A DNA stretch of 64,000 bases from the human T2T-CHM13v2.0 reference genome, Homo sapiens. The notes below the pieces were generated by a model. That model searched no databases. It was not told the origin of the DNA and was given only the letters and a program-made list of their open reading frames with translations. Where the stretch lies: the NCBI RefSeq assembly GCF_009914755.1, contig NC_060933.1; one strand, given 5' to 3'. Below, one piece after another: positions 1 to 13,565 of this stretch (the stretch's first letter is position 1; the number at the start of each line of letters is the position of its first letter). The translations under genes and the position numbers were made by a program.

Positions 1-2197
1 TTTTATGCATTTCATTTATAGAATGAGTTGAGAATTATGCTAGTATTTACTCAGAGTAGGTCTAATATCTTCTTATTTTCATTTAAATATATAGTAAACT
101 GGCTTCCAGCTTATTTCAGCTGGCCATATTGGTCTTTGAATAAATGGAATCACATTGGTAAGTTTGGGTCAGTGAACAGATATCATTTATTTCTGCACAT
201 CTTACCAGCATACTTAAGAGACTTCACTGGAGGAGTATCAGGCATTCACATTATTAATATTAAAATGGTACTCTGAGTTCCTATTTATTATTGTTATTGC
301 TTCTTCTGTATACCGCTTCCTCTGGAGACCACATGAAGAGAAAATGTGATTAGTACAAGCCAAGTTAGGAAGCTCCTGGGCCTCCTGGCCATAATACCTT
401 CCTAATGCTATCAAAACTTACTATTATTTCTAATATGTAATGTCTCCAGCTCAGGGAGTCCCAAACTACTTGCATATATTAAATAAAGTATATTGAAAGT
501 CTTACACAAAAAAAGCTCTTTAAGTATATAACACTGTGTTCTGAAATATTTAGTGATGGATTTTTTTTTAACTCCCGTGGTATTGCACATTTCTTATGGA
601 AAGGATATCCTAGAGACATTATTTGGGAACTTCTGCTCCAGAATGACAGTGAGAATATAAACAATTGTCTATGTAATCGCCCAAAAAGTAACAATTTGGC
701 CTAAATTGCCTCTAAAACTGCCTAATTCTTCACTTCAATCTACATATGTAAATTTTCCTTAAACTAATGATACTGGAAACAAAAACTTCACTCAACCAGA
801 ATATAACTCAAATAGTAGTAGTAGTTGATTCTCTAAAAACGTATTTTACTTCTAACTTTTGCATGTAAGTGTTCTAGGAATCTTTCTTAACAATAGTTAG
901 ATCTTGAAGAAATCAAACACTGAGTAACACTTTACAGATTACTCATACACCTTTTATTTCTTGTTAAATATCTATTTTGTAGAATATTTTTATGTCACAA
1001 TATTCTTTATCTCTTTGATTACTCCCGAGTCTCTCTGAAATTCAGAATAAGCTCCCGTGCTATTTAACCGAGAGGAATAACCTATGATTACCACGTGGAA
1101 TTTTTCTCACTTACCTTTCTCTAAGATACATTTCTGTATCATAGTCATATCAATGAAATTCTAATGTCACTTTAGATACATTCAAATATAATACAGAATT
1201 GAATAAAGCCTTCTTATTTTTTGAGATTATGAAAGCATGTATTTAATATTGTTAGTTTATTTTTAAAATATATAATGGTTCTTTTAGTCACAGAGGAGCT
1301 AAATACATGTACTTTAATGTAAAGAAAATTTTTATAATACAGTGTTCATTAGCACAATTGAATAATAACTAAGGAATAAAATCGTATCTGGCAGGCAGCA
1401 TCTGCATGAAACAAAATTGACTGCTTCTCCAGCCAATAGTCTACTTTCTGTTATTGATGAATAAGAAATAAATGAAAATTCCTTAATACCAGTTTGGTCT
1501 AGAAGGGTTTGTTTAAAGTAACTAAGCCTCTAATTATGATGTACCTATGTGAGAAACCCAGGACCTGAAAAAGCCAGGCATAATATATTTTGAGTATATT
1601 TAAGGAAATGCTATTTTTCTGTTTAAGATGCCTCATTCCTAAAAACAAGAAAATGGCAGAAAATCTTTCTGGAACTTCATGGTCATAAGTTGTTTGAAGG
1701 AGTGTAAGTTTTTTGTTCTCAGAGAGCAAAATATAAGTGGGCTCTTTGAGTTACAGCAAGAACCACCACATCCGGATACTTCCAATAGAGCCCAGGTTTA
1801 AAATCTAGGAACAGATTTCACAGGGAAGACTACAGTCATTACTTGAATCAAAGTCAGTAACTAAGACTCAATTGGACTTTCAAAGGAAGTTTCAAATTTC
1901 AACCTCAGTTAGATTTTAGAGACATCCTGAGCCACTGATTCCCCAAATATCCTTTACAAAGAAAAATAATTTCCTATACCAAACAACTTTCAAAAAATTG
2001 TCTATATAGCCTGTTTGGGCCACCACAACAAAATACCAGATAGTAGTTGGTCTAAACAACAGAAATTTATTTTCTTACAGATCTGGAGGCTGGGAAGTTC
2101 AAAACCAAGGTGCTGGCTATTCAGTTCCTGGTGAAAGATCTCTCTCCTTGGGTTGCAGATGGCCGATTCCTCACTATGTTTTCATGTGACCTTTCCT

Positions 2198-2200
<3 letters not shown>

Positions 2201-2247
<47 letters not shown>
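2201..2247. repeat. (TG)n microsatellite, ~23 units
   Basis: Direct read. Confidence 0.98.
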
Positions 2248-2250
<3 letters not shown>

Positions 2251-2255
2251 CATGC

Positions 2256-2844
2256 TTTAGGGGTCAAGGAGGAACTTCCCCCTTGACCCTCTGAAGGTTC
2301 ACTAAGAAAACAACTCACAAAAGCAGATTAATTCGTAGGAGAAAAGGCATCCACACTTACCTAATATGTGTACACGAGAGACTTCAGAATGAAGGCCCAA
2401 CTCCCACAGTGGGGTACAGAAACTTAAGTACCATCTTAAGGTTACAGAAAGAGTGCAGGCTCAGAGCATGGGCAAAAAGAGGATATAGTAGTAAATCAGG
2501 AGTTAGTGGCAACACAGGTTACGGGAAGGAAAGAAGAGAGGCTTGGCTAGCAAAGATAGTCTCATTATATAGATGAAACCTTATGGGAACAGCCCTCAGA
2601 GAGAATCTATGGTAAATGTTTCTTTCGGACCCTTGAAGGTGTCAGATTCTCAGTTAACCTTTTCTAGATCCTGACAAAGTTAAGGGCAAGCCACAGTAAT
2701 ACATATTTTCTATGGACTTACAGACACAGATTTCCCCCACAAAGACAACTTTGCAGGGCTACTTCAGTCTGCCAGCCATTTGGCACCCATCTCAAAATAT
2801 ATCAAAGAAATATATTTTGGAATAAAATGTTTTTTTTTCCTTAA
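2256..2844 (-). mobile_element. ERV1 MER4-group (MER34-like) solo LTR nested in MLT1A
   Basis: Its right end 'ctcaaaatatatcaaagaaatatattttgg' and 'ttcccccacaaagacaactttgcaggg' are homologous to the MER4-type LTR at 30645-30720. It interrupts the MLT1A colinearly. Confidence 0.7.
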
Positions 2845-5550
2845 GTACCTTGAGAAAAGAGAATCTCTCTCTTCCTTTTCTTATAAGGCCAATAATCCCA
2901 TCATGAGGGCCCCGTCCTCATGAGCTAATCTAATCATAATTGCCTCCCAAAGGCTCCATCTCCAAATACCATCCCACTAGGGGTTAAGGCTTCAACATAT
3001 AAATTTGGGAGGGAGGGACACAAACATTAAATGCATAACACTATCATTCTAAAGTGAACATTAAATTGCTGGAAAGCTTAATTTCTCACAAGCAAATAAA
3101 CACAAGCAAACATTTTATGTATGGGTGAATAATAGACCTAAAGTCCAGGCTCTCTCTAGCCTTACATCATATGCTGAACATGAGGAACTACCAGAATACT
3201 GACTACCTCTTAGGTGGAAAACCAAATTTTTTTTAAAAAAAGATTTTTTTGAAACGAAAAAACTTTTACCATTTTTTCTTACACTTTTTCAAAAGATAAA
3301 AGTACTTCTGTATTGCATGCAATTAATTGTGTTCCTCTGGTTCCCATGACCTGTAAGATACTCACAAAGCATGATTCTGACTGGCTCCCATTCCAGATAA
3401 GGTTGACCCATGCCCTGTTCCATGCAGGAGGATTGCCCACTCCTGCCTCTATTTCTTTGCCCTGTACTTTTTTCCAACCCCCGTTCTTATGCTTCCCGTA
3501 AAATATTCCCTATTTCAAATGCTTCTTTCAATGATCGACATCTTTTTCTTTCTTCTAAATTCTTCATCTAGCCCTTGCTATATACTCAGTTGAATCACAA
3601 GCTTTTCCACTCCTGAAATAAGACAAGATTTTCTGTCTCTCCAAACACTGAGAACAGAGCATTGCATAGGGTGGATGCTAAATAAACTGGGTCTACCATT
3701 TCTACATTTTGATAGAGTTGTTCTAGCTCCTACATACAAAGGTTCTTAAGCAGTGCATTTTTGTTCAAAGTTTGCTTTCCATAACAGAATCCTCATATTA
3801 AGTGTTTATGCTCTGATATTCACCAACAAATTCTGAGTTTTCTACAATTTTCTATGTCCGTAAATGCATCTCTAAATCAAATAGAACTCCCAACCTCAAA
3901 TTCAAAGGAAAAGACCTGACATCTGTGTCACTAGAGTCCAGCCAGATTCCTTTTCTCCTCTTACTCTGTCCAATTTCCCCAGTGAAATTGCCAACACAAT
4001 GATGAATGCAGAAATGGAAAGAATGCAATACCGCACATGATTGATTGCATAGCAATGGGAGAAATCTACAGAAAACCCCAAGATGGGAACTTATTTCATA
4101 TCACTCCCTGTTGCTGCTCAGTCGTGAATGCTGCTGTGATTCATTTTTAACACTTTGAAATCTCTTGGTATTTGTAACATGCTCTGAAGCAGATATAAAT
4201 TGATTGCTCAGCCCTACCTTTTTATGATTGACATGTTTTTACTAACATTTAGCCACACGCTTAATATTGCTTACATATAACTTTTATTCCTTCTCGGGGA
4301 AGAAAAAGGATAGTTTTACCACTAGATTGCATAAGTTAAGAGAGCATTTTGTAGTTTCTATAAAGTAATCAAAACGGCATCTTTTCTTATGTGTTAGAGA
4401 GCATGCATTACTGGAAGTGTAAGATAACCACATATGTTTTGGGGATTGAATTATTCCAGATCTTTTTTTTTTTAATGAATATATAGCTACTGAAAAATGA
4501 AATGTAGTTTAGAAGGGCAAGTTTTGGTAAGCACCAGGTGATGAACTATAAAACAGAATGGTGCTGACCATGATTTCAGCAAGCATGTCTTGATATGTAA
4601 ACTTATATATCTTTTTAGAGGCATTCTTACTTTAAGCAGAGGCTAGCATTCAATGCAGGGCAGTCAGCAAAAATAAACAAACAAAACACTTGCTCATTCA
4701 AGCATAATAGAGTCCACTAAATAAGACAACTTAGAAATAACCGTTTTCCAACCAAAGGACCAAATATTTAGTTTAGGTTTTGGTTTTGGCTACTTGTCCT
4801 ACATGGGATAAATTGGTGACTGTGTTCCACATGTGTTCCAAACATGCAAGTCTTAATAAGCAGTTTAGGATTCAGAGACCAGCTTGGTAAAATTGGGCAT
4901 CTTTGACATTTTTGCTTTCCAGAATTTTAAGACAGCTTGCAGTTTTGCCTAAATGTTTCCTCTAGGTAGCAGCCTATTAATGTAGGAACAGATTGCTTAT
5001 TCCACTGGTAGCTGGTAAGAATCAAGCAATTTGTAAAAGGATTTCTCCACAGGTTAACTTTTCAAGCATGAATTCCATAGGCAAAGAATTAGGAGGATAT
5101 GGCTCCTAAAGCCTGGGCACTAGCATTCTACTACATTATTCTAGCTTAAGCCATTAAATATGTTTTATTCCAATACAACACTTAATTCCTCTCCTCAACA
5201 AGTAGATGTTGTTTTGGCCTAATTAGATGCACCATGAATCTGAGATGTGTGTAGCTGCAGTTAAAACTTATTTAGCCAAGAAAATGCTATGTCGAACCTC
5301 CACGCAGTTTCTCAAAAAAAAAAAAAAAAAATCTGGACATTATCTCATCAACACCTTGGGCAGTATAGTAGTATTCCTTTGCATTTCTTAGACAAAATGA
5401 GTGCATGCCATTGATATCTGTTATGTACAAATATCATGTTCCGGTAAGTTCCAGTAAATTCTGATGTAACCGATGGCAAAACTTAGCAAATCAGTATATA
5501 GTTTAAGATAGGAGAAGAATGGAATCTAAGGCATTTATTTCCATTACAGG

Positions 5551-5584
<34 letters not shown>

Positions 5585-5593
5585 CACACACAC
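5551..5593. repeat. interrupted (CA)n microsatellite
   Basis: Direct read. Confidence 0.97.
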
Positions 5594-5600
5594 GCATGCA

Positions 5601-5740
5601 TGGCAAGTGATTTAAACTCTCAGAGCCAGAGTTATCTAATCTGTAAAATAAGTAAGCTAATATCTATTGTGTTAGATAAAATGTATAAATTTTATAGCAT
5701 AATTTCTACTAAATACTAACAAGTCAATAAATGGAGTATT
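5601..5740 (+). mobile_element. MIR fragment
   Basis: 'ggcaagtgatttaaactctc...tctaatctgtaaaat...tcaataaatg' resembles the MIR core and 3' end. Confidence 0.65.
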
Positions 5741-6094
5741 ATTTGTTCAACAAAGAAAATCCTGAATCCTACAACTTTACAGGGCCACTCTTTCCTCTAA
5801 ATGGTTAGAACCACATCATGTTTGCTGTGGGGTGGAAGTTGCAGTGCTCTACTCAAGACTTTTCTGCCAGAATTCAGGAGTAGAGGAGGGGCTTGTTTAT
5901 GAGCTCCTGGAATCTCTTACCCTAACTTCTAGTGACAGCTTGATTTTAATTATTTTTCCTTGCTTTTCTCTATATCTGAGAATTTTCTCTATCTACCACA
6001 TTTAATGCTCTACTTCAAAGAATCTCATTTTCCAAGTTCCCCCTAAATAATCATCTACCAATAACACAAGGCTATTCTCTGTAGTATCTTCACT

Positions 6095-6390
6095 TACTAT
6101 GTGTGGATAATGAAAAGTAATTACAATGAACATGGGAGTGCAATGCATGATACCATGTATGTGAGGTACATAAAATAGTTACACACACAGAAGCAGAGCA
6201 TGGTTGCCAGGGAGTGAGTGGAGAGGGTTGCTATCCAATAGATACAAAGTTTGCTTATGCAATACGATTAAGTTCTAGAGATCTGCTGTATAACATTGTG
6301 CCTAGAGTGAACAATACTATATTGCACACTTAAAAAATTAACAGGGCAGATTTCACGTTAGTTGTACTTACCACAGTATACAAAAAAACA
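6095..6390 (+). mobile_element. L1MB-like 3' end with a short inverted 5' piece
   Basis: 'atggttgccaggg...aagttctagagatctgctgtataacattgtgcc...aacaatactatattgcacacttaaaaa' is an L1MA/MB 3' UTR. 6095-6142 reads as antisense L1. Confidence 0.75.
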
Positions 6391-6678
6391 TAATTATAGC
6401 ATAAAGAAAAACACAACTTCAAAACTAATGCCAGACATAAGTGCTCCTAGAAATGTATCACTCAATCCCCATTATAGGGAATTTCTTATCTGCTATGTGA
6501 CTTCATACGAATTAGCTTGCTGCCATTCTGTTGTGTCTCTTTCTTTTCTCTGGTCACTTCCATATTTCTCTTCTCCAGGTCTTCCTAACCCATTTCTTCT
6601 CAAAGTGCTATGGCACAATTCTCAGAATACACCCTTCAGTGCGAAACGTCTTTCCTTCTGATACATCCCTATGAAAAC

Positions 6679-7111
6679 TGTATAAGACTTTTTTTTTCCT
6701 TATAACTGAATACCCAAGTCTGGGTAATTTATAAAGATAAACAATTTATTTTCCACACTTATGGAGGCTTAAAATTCCAAGGTCCAATGTCGAGGGGTTA
6801 CATCTGGTGAGGGCCTTCTTGCTGGTGGAAGCTTTCTGCAGAGTCTTGAGGCAGTACAGGGCATCACATGGTGACAGGGCTAAGTGTACCAGCTCAGATC
6901 TCTCTTCTTCTCCTTATAAAGTCACCAATTCCACTCCCATAATAACCCATTAATACATTTACCCATTAATCCATGAATAAATTAATTTGTTCATAAGGGA
7001 AGAGCCCTCATGATCCAGTCACCCCTTAAAGACCCCATTTCTCAATACTGCCACATTGGGGATTAAATTTCAATATGTTTTTGAAAGAGACAGATATTCA
7101 AACTATAGTCA
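6679..7111 (-). mobile_element. MSTC-like MaLR solo LTR
   Basis: 'ctgggtaatttataaag', 'catctggtgagggccttcttgctggtgg', 'agggcatcacatgg', 'cacattggggattaaatttcaa'. Confidence 0.8.
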
Positions 7112-7420
7112 GCACACCAAAGATCCATGCACTCCATTATATCACAGTCTCCCTTGCGGTTAGATTGAGCCTGTGTAACTACTTTTAGCCAGTTCGCTAT
7201 GAGCTGAAGTGATGCTTCACTTTTAGGTCACAGGATTTAAAAACCAGTATGTCTTTTTTATCTTTATTTTCTCTGACTTTGAGGACATGTGTTTCAGCTG
7301 TATATTACAAAATAGAGAAGAGAAATGAACACATACTAGGTATACCTTATAGAAGAATAAACATTGTACTAAACCACTGAGATTTTAGGTGTTTAATTGA
7401 CTGCTCTCTTAGTAATACAA
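7112..7420 (+). mobile_element. old MLT1 (H/I/J-like) LTR fragment
   Basis: 'ctcccttgcggttagattgagcctgtg', 'gaagtgatg', 3' 'aataaac...aaaccactgagatttt'. Confidence 0.55.
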
Positions 7421-8137
7421 ACCCCTCCTGAGATTAGCCCTTTAAGGAAAAAGATCCCAATATTCACGTATAGGAACATCCATTTAATTGATCTCATGAA
7501 AAAAAACAAACAATGCTTTCTAGGAGAAAGTATACTACAGCAGCAAGCTCAAACTGAAACAATCTCTTAAAATATATTTATAATTATTAACAAAGGATTG
7601 TTAGTAAAGATCATTTTCATCATCTCACTAAATTTCATTCAAAACTTACTTTGGCCATTAGCAAAACTTATAGACATTTTCTGCCATTCTGCATATCTTA
7701 CCTAGATCAATTCAAGTAAGAGAAATAATACGCAAACCATAGTTTTGTGATATTAATAGTGACAAAACTCTAGGTTGTGTGTAGAGTAGCTTAGTAATTA
7801 TATGAAAAAAAAAAAAAAGACTTCCCAGGTGAAACTATTTGGCCCTTTGCAATAATAAAGAATTGGTTCATCCACAAAAGACCCATAAAGATACACCTAG
7901 GTAAAGGAAATATAAATTATATAAATTTAAAGGGGTATAGTGTAGGACTCAGAGAAGCATACTGATGTTAACCAATGAAAGTCCATAATTATACCCAGGG
8001 ATCTAAGAGAGAGACAAATGTTTTTTACAGGCACAGATGCCAATGTTTATAATGTGAAAAAAAAAGTATAATTTTCTCATGAAGCTTCCCCTTAGACAGT
8101 GATGGTGAGTGGTCATTAAAGAGCCCTAAATGGCAGG

Positions 8138-8138
<1 letters not shown>

Positions 8139-8173
<35 letters not shown>
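8139..8173. repeat. (CA)17 microsatellite
   Basis: Direct read. Confidence 0.98.
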
Positions 8174-8178
<5 letters not shown>

Positions 8179-8289
8179 GAAAAAATTCCATTATGTGTGA
8201 GGTATTTTATCATTTTGTTAAAAAAAATAGAGAAGAAGAAGAAAATAAAAACAACAGAAAAACAATCTGTGATTCAGACCAAAAAAAAA

Positions 8290-8950
8290 AAAAAGCAGGC
8301 TAGAAATGTGAACAGAACTTTCATAGATAATTAATTGCATATGACTCTTAACCATAAGAAAATGCTAATTAATAGCGCACGGACTTGCTATTTCTCTCCA
8401 GTCAAACTGGAAACATCAAATCTTCGACAACATAATTTTGGATGAAACACAAGAATACTCATACCTTGCCAGCGAGAATTTAAAATGGTTCAATCCCTAG
8501 GAAAAGAGATTTGGAAATATCTACAAAAAGTATATATTTATTTATCATTTGATCTACAAATACTGATTTTAGTAATCAATTGCAGAGATATATTACACAA
8601 TTGTACAATTGGATACAGAAGCTTATTCTATGCATCTGTATTATTTGAAATGATACACAAATTGTAAACACTCCAAATGTTCAACAACCAGGGAACCAAC
8701 TAAATAAAGCATGGCACATTTATACTATGAACTAAAGTATGACACGCCTCCACAGTACAGTAGTACATTGATTAAAAAAGGAATACTTTCTCTTTATGTA
8801 ATTATGGAAGAATCAGCATGACCAAAAACAAGTGAAGAAAGCAACTGTATATCACAAGCTGTCATTTATCTATGAGGGTAGAGGACATATTCATTTATGT
8901 ATAATTGCTTACCTTAAAAATAATAAAAAATAAACATGAGTTTTCTTAAA
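8290..8950 (+). mobile_element. L1ME-like ORF2 end / 3' UTR relic
   Basis: Degenerate 'actcataccttgcc...aaaatggttcaatcc...tttggaaatatc...tttgatcta...ccaaatgttcaacaa' follows the order of the L1 ORF2 C-terminus. Confidence 0.6.
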
Positions 8951-8969
8951 TGGTTACAGAGAGTGTGCC

Positions 8970-9700
8970 AAAAAAAAAAAAGACAGAAGAAAGTGGGCCA
9001 AGAATCGAATAGACATTTCTCTAAAGAAGCTATGTATAGATAATAAGCACATGAAAACATACTCAACGACATTAGCCATCAAAGAAATGCAAATTAAAAA
9101 TATGAGATGCTGCTTCATAACTGCTAAGATGAACGTAATAAAAAATGCAGATAATAACAGGTGTTGGAAAAATGTGGAGAAATTAAAATACTTATATACT
9201 GCTGGTGGGAATGTAAAAATGATGCAACCACTTTGCAAAACAGTCTCAAAAGTCCTCAAAAGTTTAAACCTAGAGTTACCATGTGACCCAGAAATTCCAC
9301 TCCTATGCATTTATCCAAGAAAAATGAAAAGATACCTCTGTAAGAATTTATATACTAATGTTTATAGCATTATTCATAAAATACTGGAAATATCCCAAAT
9401 GTCCATCAACTGATAAATAAAAAAGTGTAATGTGTAATAGCCATACAGTGAATATTATTCAGCCCTAAAAATGAAGTACTGAAATATGCTACAACATGGA
9501 CGTACCTTTAAAACATTATGACAAAGGAAAAAAAGCCAGATATGAAAAGCCACATATTTATGGTTCTAATTGTATAAAATGTCCAGAATAAACAAATCCT
9601 TAGAGACAGAAAGTTTACTCTTTGTTGACTAGGGCCAAGGGGCTGGAATTAAATGAGAGTAACCGCTAACAGTGGATAGGCAAGGAATAGAATCTTCTAT
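8970..9700 (+). mobile_element. L1MB-like ORF2 C-terminus plus 3' UTR
   Basis: ORF 9051-9413 (LAIKEMQIK...RCWKNVEK...ELPCDPEIPLLCIYP) is homologous to the L1 ORF2p C-terminal domain. Confidence 0.85.
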
Positions 9701-9889
9701 TCTTCATTCAATGTCCTATATTTTATAGACTTGACACTTGAGTCATGGAAATTTAATGTATTTATAAAATAAAATGAGAAATTTAAAGTAGATCTTAAGA
9801 GTTAAAATAAAATGAAATCAAAAGAAGCTTATTTGTATACACACTTGTAGGAATTATTTCAAGGAGCTTTAAAAAATAGTGATTTGGCA

Positions 9890-12730
9890 AATATAACTAG
9901 TGGCATATTCTAGCTTTAAACAATGCAGAAACAAAATTTAAGCTATTTTCAAACATGATATGGCTGGTATTGTTCTCAGACATCTGTATTTTGATATGAG
10001 GACAGCTAGAAAGTATGTTGTTGAGAATTGGAATTTTGGACATAGGAGAAAGAAGGTACCAGTATAAGACATGTGAGATAAAGCAAAAATCTTGCATGCC
10101 TGAATTTGAATAAGAAGTATTAGTATGAACTTATGATCTATTTTGCTTTAAAAATCAAAAAGACATGCAATTAAGATGCCTCAAGACATGTATTACTAAC
10201 ATATTGCTGAAAACCAATGAAAAAGAGAAACTCTTAAGAGTACCTAGAGAAATAAGACATATTGCCCACAGAGCAGCAAAAGTAAGATAAATTAAGACTT
10301 CTTTTCTGAAATTATGCAAGCTAAAAGAAAATGGAATGGCACTTTTCTGTGCCAAAGGAAAAAAAATGAAAAGCAGAGTTATCTATCCAAAGACTATATC
10401 TTTCAAAAATGCAAGCAATAAAGGACTTTTAGAGACAAACAGAATCTTAGAGAATTCATCTCATGAAACCTACATTACAATAATTTTAATGGAAGTTTTT
10501 TAAACAGAAAAGAAAGTACAAAACTGACAACTATGTTCCTGCAAAAAATTAAAAGTAATGAAAAGGATAAATATATAAAATGTGTGTTTTTTTTAAGCTG
10601 CTAAGTTTGTGATTAATTGTTTATGAACGAGGAGAAAATTGTCACTAAATACATCTCATTATTTTTAGGTGTTTTACAAATAATGACCAATTTAGTAACA
10701 GTGAGTACCCTACCACTCAGACTGCAGAATCTTAATTTCTCACTGAAACAATCTAGTATTCCTCAGAGAAATGAATGATTATAACTTTCACACAGGAAGC
10801 ATATACACATACAAACACACATATACATATATACACATATGACCATAACTACTTTTTAAATTAAACTTTTGTTAAATATAATTAATTGATTAAAGGGAAA
10901 ATATTAACAATGTATCAGTTTGTGCATTATAACGTATGTAGCAGTAAAATACACGGCAACAAAAGTACAAGAGAGAAGATTGGAGAAATTAAAGTATACA
11001 AGTGTAAAGGTGTAAGGGTTTTTTATGTAAAGTGATATAGCATTATTTGAAGGTAAGCTGTAATAAATTAAAGGTGAATATTTTAAATCCTAGAGTAATA
11101 ATTAAAAGTATAAAACAATGAGATAAATAGAATTATAAAAATAACTTATGTACAATAACACAGCAAAAGAAAATAGACACAAAGACTAGATGGGAAAAAC
11201 AGAATACAGATAAGATGGTGGCAGACTTAAATTCAAAGATTTTCACAGTTATATTAAACGTAAATGTTCTAAACACTTCAATTAAAAATCAGGAATTGTC
11301 AAGCTGGATATGAACATGACCAAATTGTAAGTTTTCTACAAGACAACCACTATAATATGTATGAAGTTTGCTAAAAATTAAAGAATGGGAAAAGATATAT
11401 CATGCAAACAATAAATATAAAAAGCGGGAATAGCTAAACAACTATGAGGCAACGTGAATGTCAAAAAAAAGAACAAAAGATAAACATATTAATCATTCAA
11501 GGGCATTGTGATTTTAAGTGGATATACACGCAATAAAAGATCTTCATGATATATGAAGCAATGATTGACAGAAATAGACAGATATACAAACACGGTTGGA
11601 TATTTTCTTTTATTCTGTCATTAATTGATAGAATAAGTAGAAAGAATCTGTAAAGATAGAAAAGATTGAATAACACTACAATCAACTTGATTTAATCGGC
11701 ATTACTTAGAGCCACCAGCAACAGAATAAGCATTCTTTTCAAGCACTCATGGAACACTCACCAAGATAGACTGCAGAACAACAAAATGAGTCACAACTAA
11801 GTTAAAATGATTGAAATCACAGGAAGTATATTCTCTGAGCAAAACAGAATTAAATTAGAAATCAGTTACATTAAGATTTCTGCAAAAATCACCAAATATT
11901 TTTAAACAACAAACTTCTAAACAATCTATGAGTTACAAGAAATCAAAGGGAAATTAGAAAATATTTTGACTAAAATGAAGATAAAATGGCCATGTATCAA
12001 ATGTATGGAATACAGCTAAAGTAGTGTTTAGAGAGAAATGTATAGACTTAAAAACTTGTATTAGGAGAAAAGATTCAAGTTTATTATCAAAGTTTTACTT
12101 AAGAAGCTAGAAAAAGAAAATTAAGTCAAAATAAGTAAAAGAAAGGAAATATTAAAGATCAAAGCCAGAAATCAAATGGAAAATAATAACTCATAATGAT
12201 AGAAAGATTAGTGGATTATTGGAGCTGATGTTGAAAGGAGCAGAAATGAAGAAAGTAAGAAGGAAATGTTGGAGATGAGGAAAATGTTCTATATCTTGAC
12301 TTTGGTAGTAGTTGCACAGATGTATATATGTTAAAAATCATTGAAATCTACACATGAAATAGATTGTTTTTATTTAATGTAAGCTATATCTAAATAAAGC
12401 ATATTTTTAAAAAATTCTTAGATATTTTAGGAAATTGAATAGTGATTAATATTTAAAGAGCTATAATTTATTTAAAATATACTGTGGTTATTTCTAAAAT
12501 AAAAAGTCTTTATTAGAATATGATATATTGACATATTTATGAATAAAACAGTAAGAACCTGGATTTGCTTCCTAGTAATGTTGGTGGTGGGGAAGCAATT
12601 AAGGATAACATGAAACATGATTTGCAGTGAGCTGATAATTGTTTAAGGTAAGTGAATGATATATACAGATTCATAATACCAGTCTACTTACTTTAGCATT
12701 TGCTTAAAATGTCTCACAACAAAGTGTTTT
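9890..12730 (+). mobile_element. mosaic of old L1M fragments (ORF1 end, spacer, ORF2 endonuclease region, L1MC-like 3' pieces)
   Basis: The endonuclease region at 11240-12180 ('attaaacgtaaatgttctaaacacttcaattaaaa', 'cattcttttcaagcactcatggaacactcaccaagataga') aligns with the young L1 at 15350-16400. Confidence 0.7.
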
Positions 12731-12969
12731 AAAATATGTGTCTTTAGCTCATGTCAAATCTAGTACGTTAAACGAAATAGGCATTTAAGTAGAATTTTTA
12801 TCAAATAATTAATGGCTCCCTTTCAGTTATTTCTCCAACTAGTTTGTTCAACCATTGCTTTAATAACTCCAGTCCCTTATTTCTGTTCCTATTAATAGTA
12901 TATCTGTAGTCCCAGGGGTTTTTTTTTTAATTTTTATTTTTCTGTAGTGAATAACCTTTCTTAGGGCCA

Positions 12970-13190
12970 GGGTCTAATAGACGTTAAAGGGTCAGTCTTC
13001 CTTGGTCTAAACCCTGGCTCAACCATTTTCTGGCTATATTATCTTGAGCCAAGTACTTAATTTTTCTAAGCCCGAAATTCTTCACCTATAAATCGACCAG
13101 TACTAGCCTCACTAAGTTTTTGTAAGGAATAAATAAGGTAAACTGCAAAATATCTGACAGGGTATCTAAAAATAAGTATTAATTATTGCA
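12970..13190 (+). mobile_element. MIR
   Basis: 'ggtctaaaccctggctc...tcttgagccaagtacttaa...cttcacctataaat...gtaaggaataaataag'. Confidence 0.65.
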
Positions 13191-13565
13191 ATCATTTTCT
13201 GATGGTACCTTGAATCCTAGAAACACTACTTAAAATTATCTAAATCCATAAAATTATCTAAAATCATAAAATTTAGATCTCTCATTTTGCATCCAAACCT
13301 AGACTGTCATAATTTATTTTTATTAAATTTTACTTTACTATCAATAACTAAATGGCAAAAATTGCACTCCACTTCCAACCACTTCCAAATTGATATTGCC
13401 ATTAGCAATGTATCAATTATGGGCTCTGAAGTACATTGAAATTTATTTATATATTTGGAATATCCCAGTCCCCTCCAATCTGTCCTAAAATAATTGCACT
13501 ATTTTTCCCAGCTGTTTCAAGACTTTTTCTTTTTTTGGCTCCCATACCATTCTTCCGATAGACAA

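Larger units (their letters stand above)
1999..3040 (-). mobile_element. MLT1A/MLT1A0-like MaLR solo LTR, split by a (TG)n tract and a nested ERV1 LTR
   Basis: 5' part 'caacaaaataccaga...aacaacagaaatttatt...ctggaggctgggaagttc' (1999-2255). 3' part 'ttataaggcc...ctccaaatacc...ggggttaaggcttcaacatat...ataaca' (2845-3040). TG...CA termini. Confidence 0.8.

Noticed and set aside
13231-13273. 18-bp tandem repeat TAAAATTATCTAAA, ~2.4 copies
   Set aside because: Ordinary AT-rich slippage duplication.
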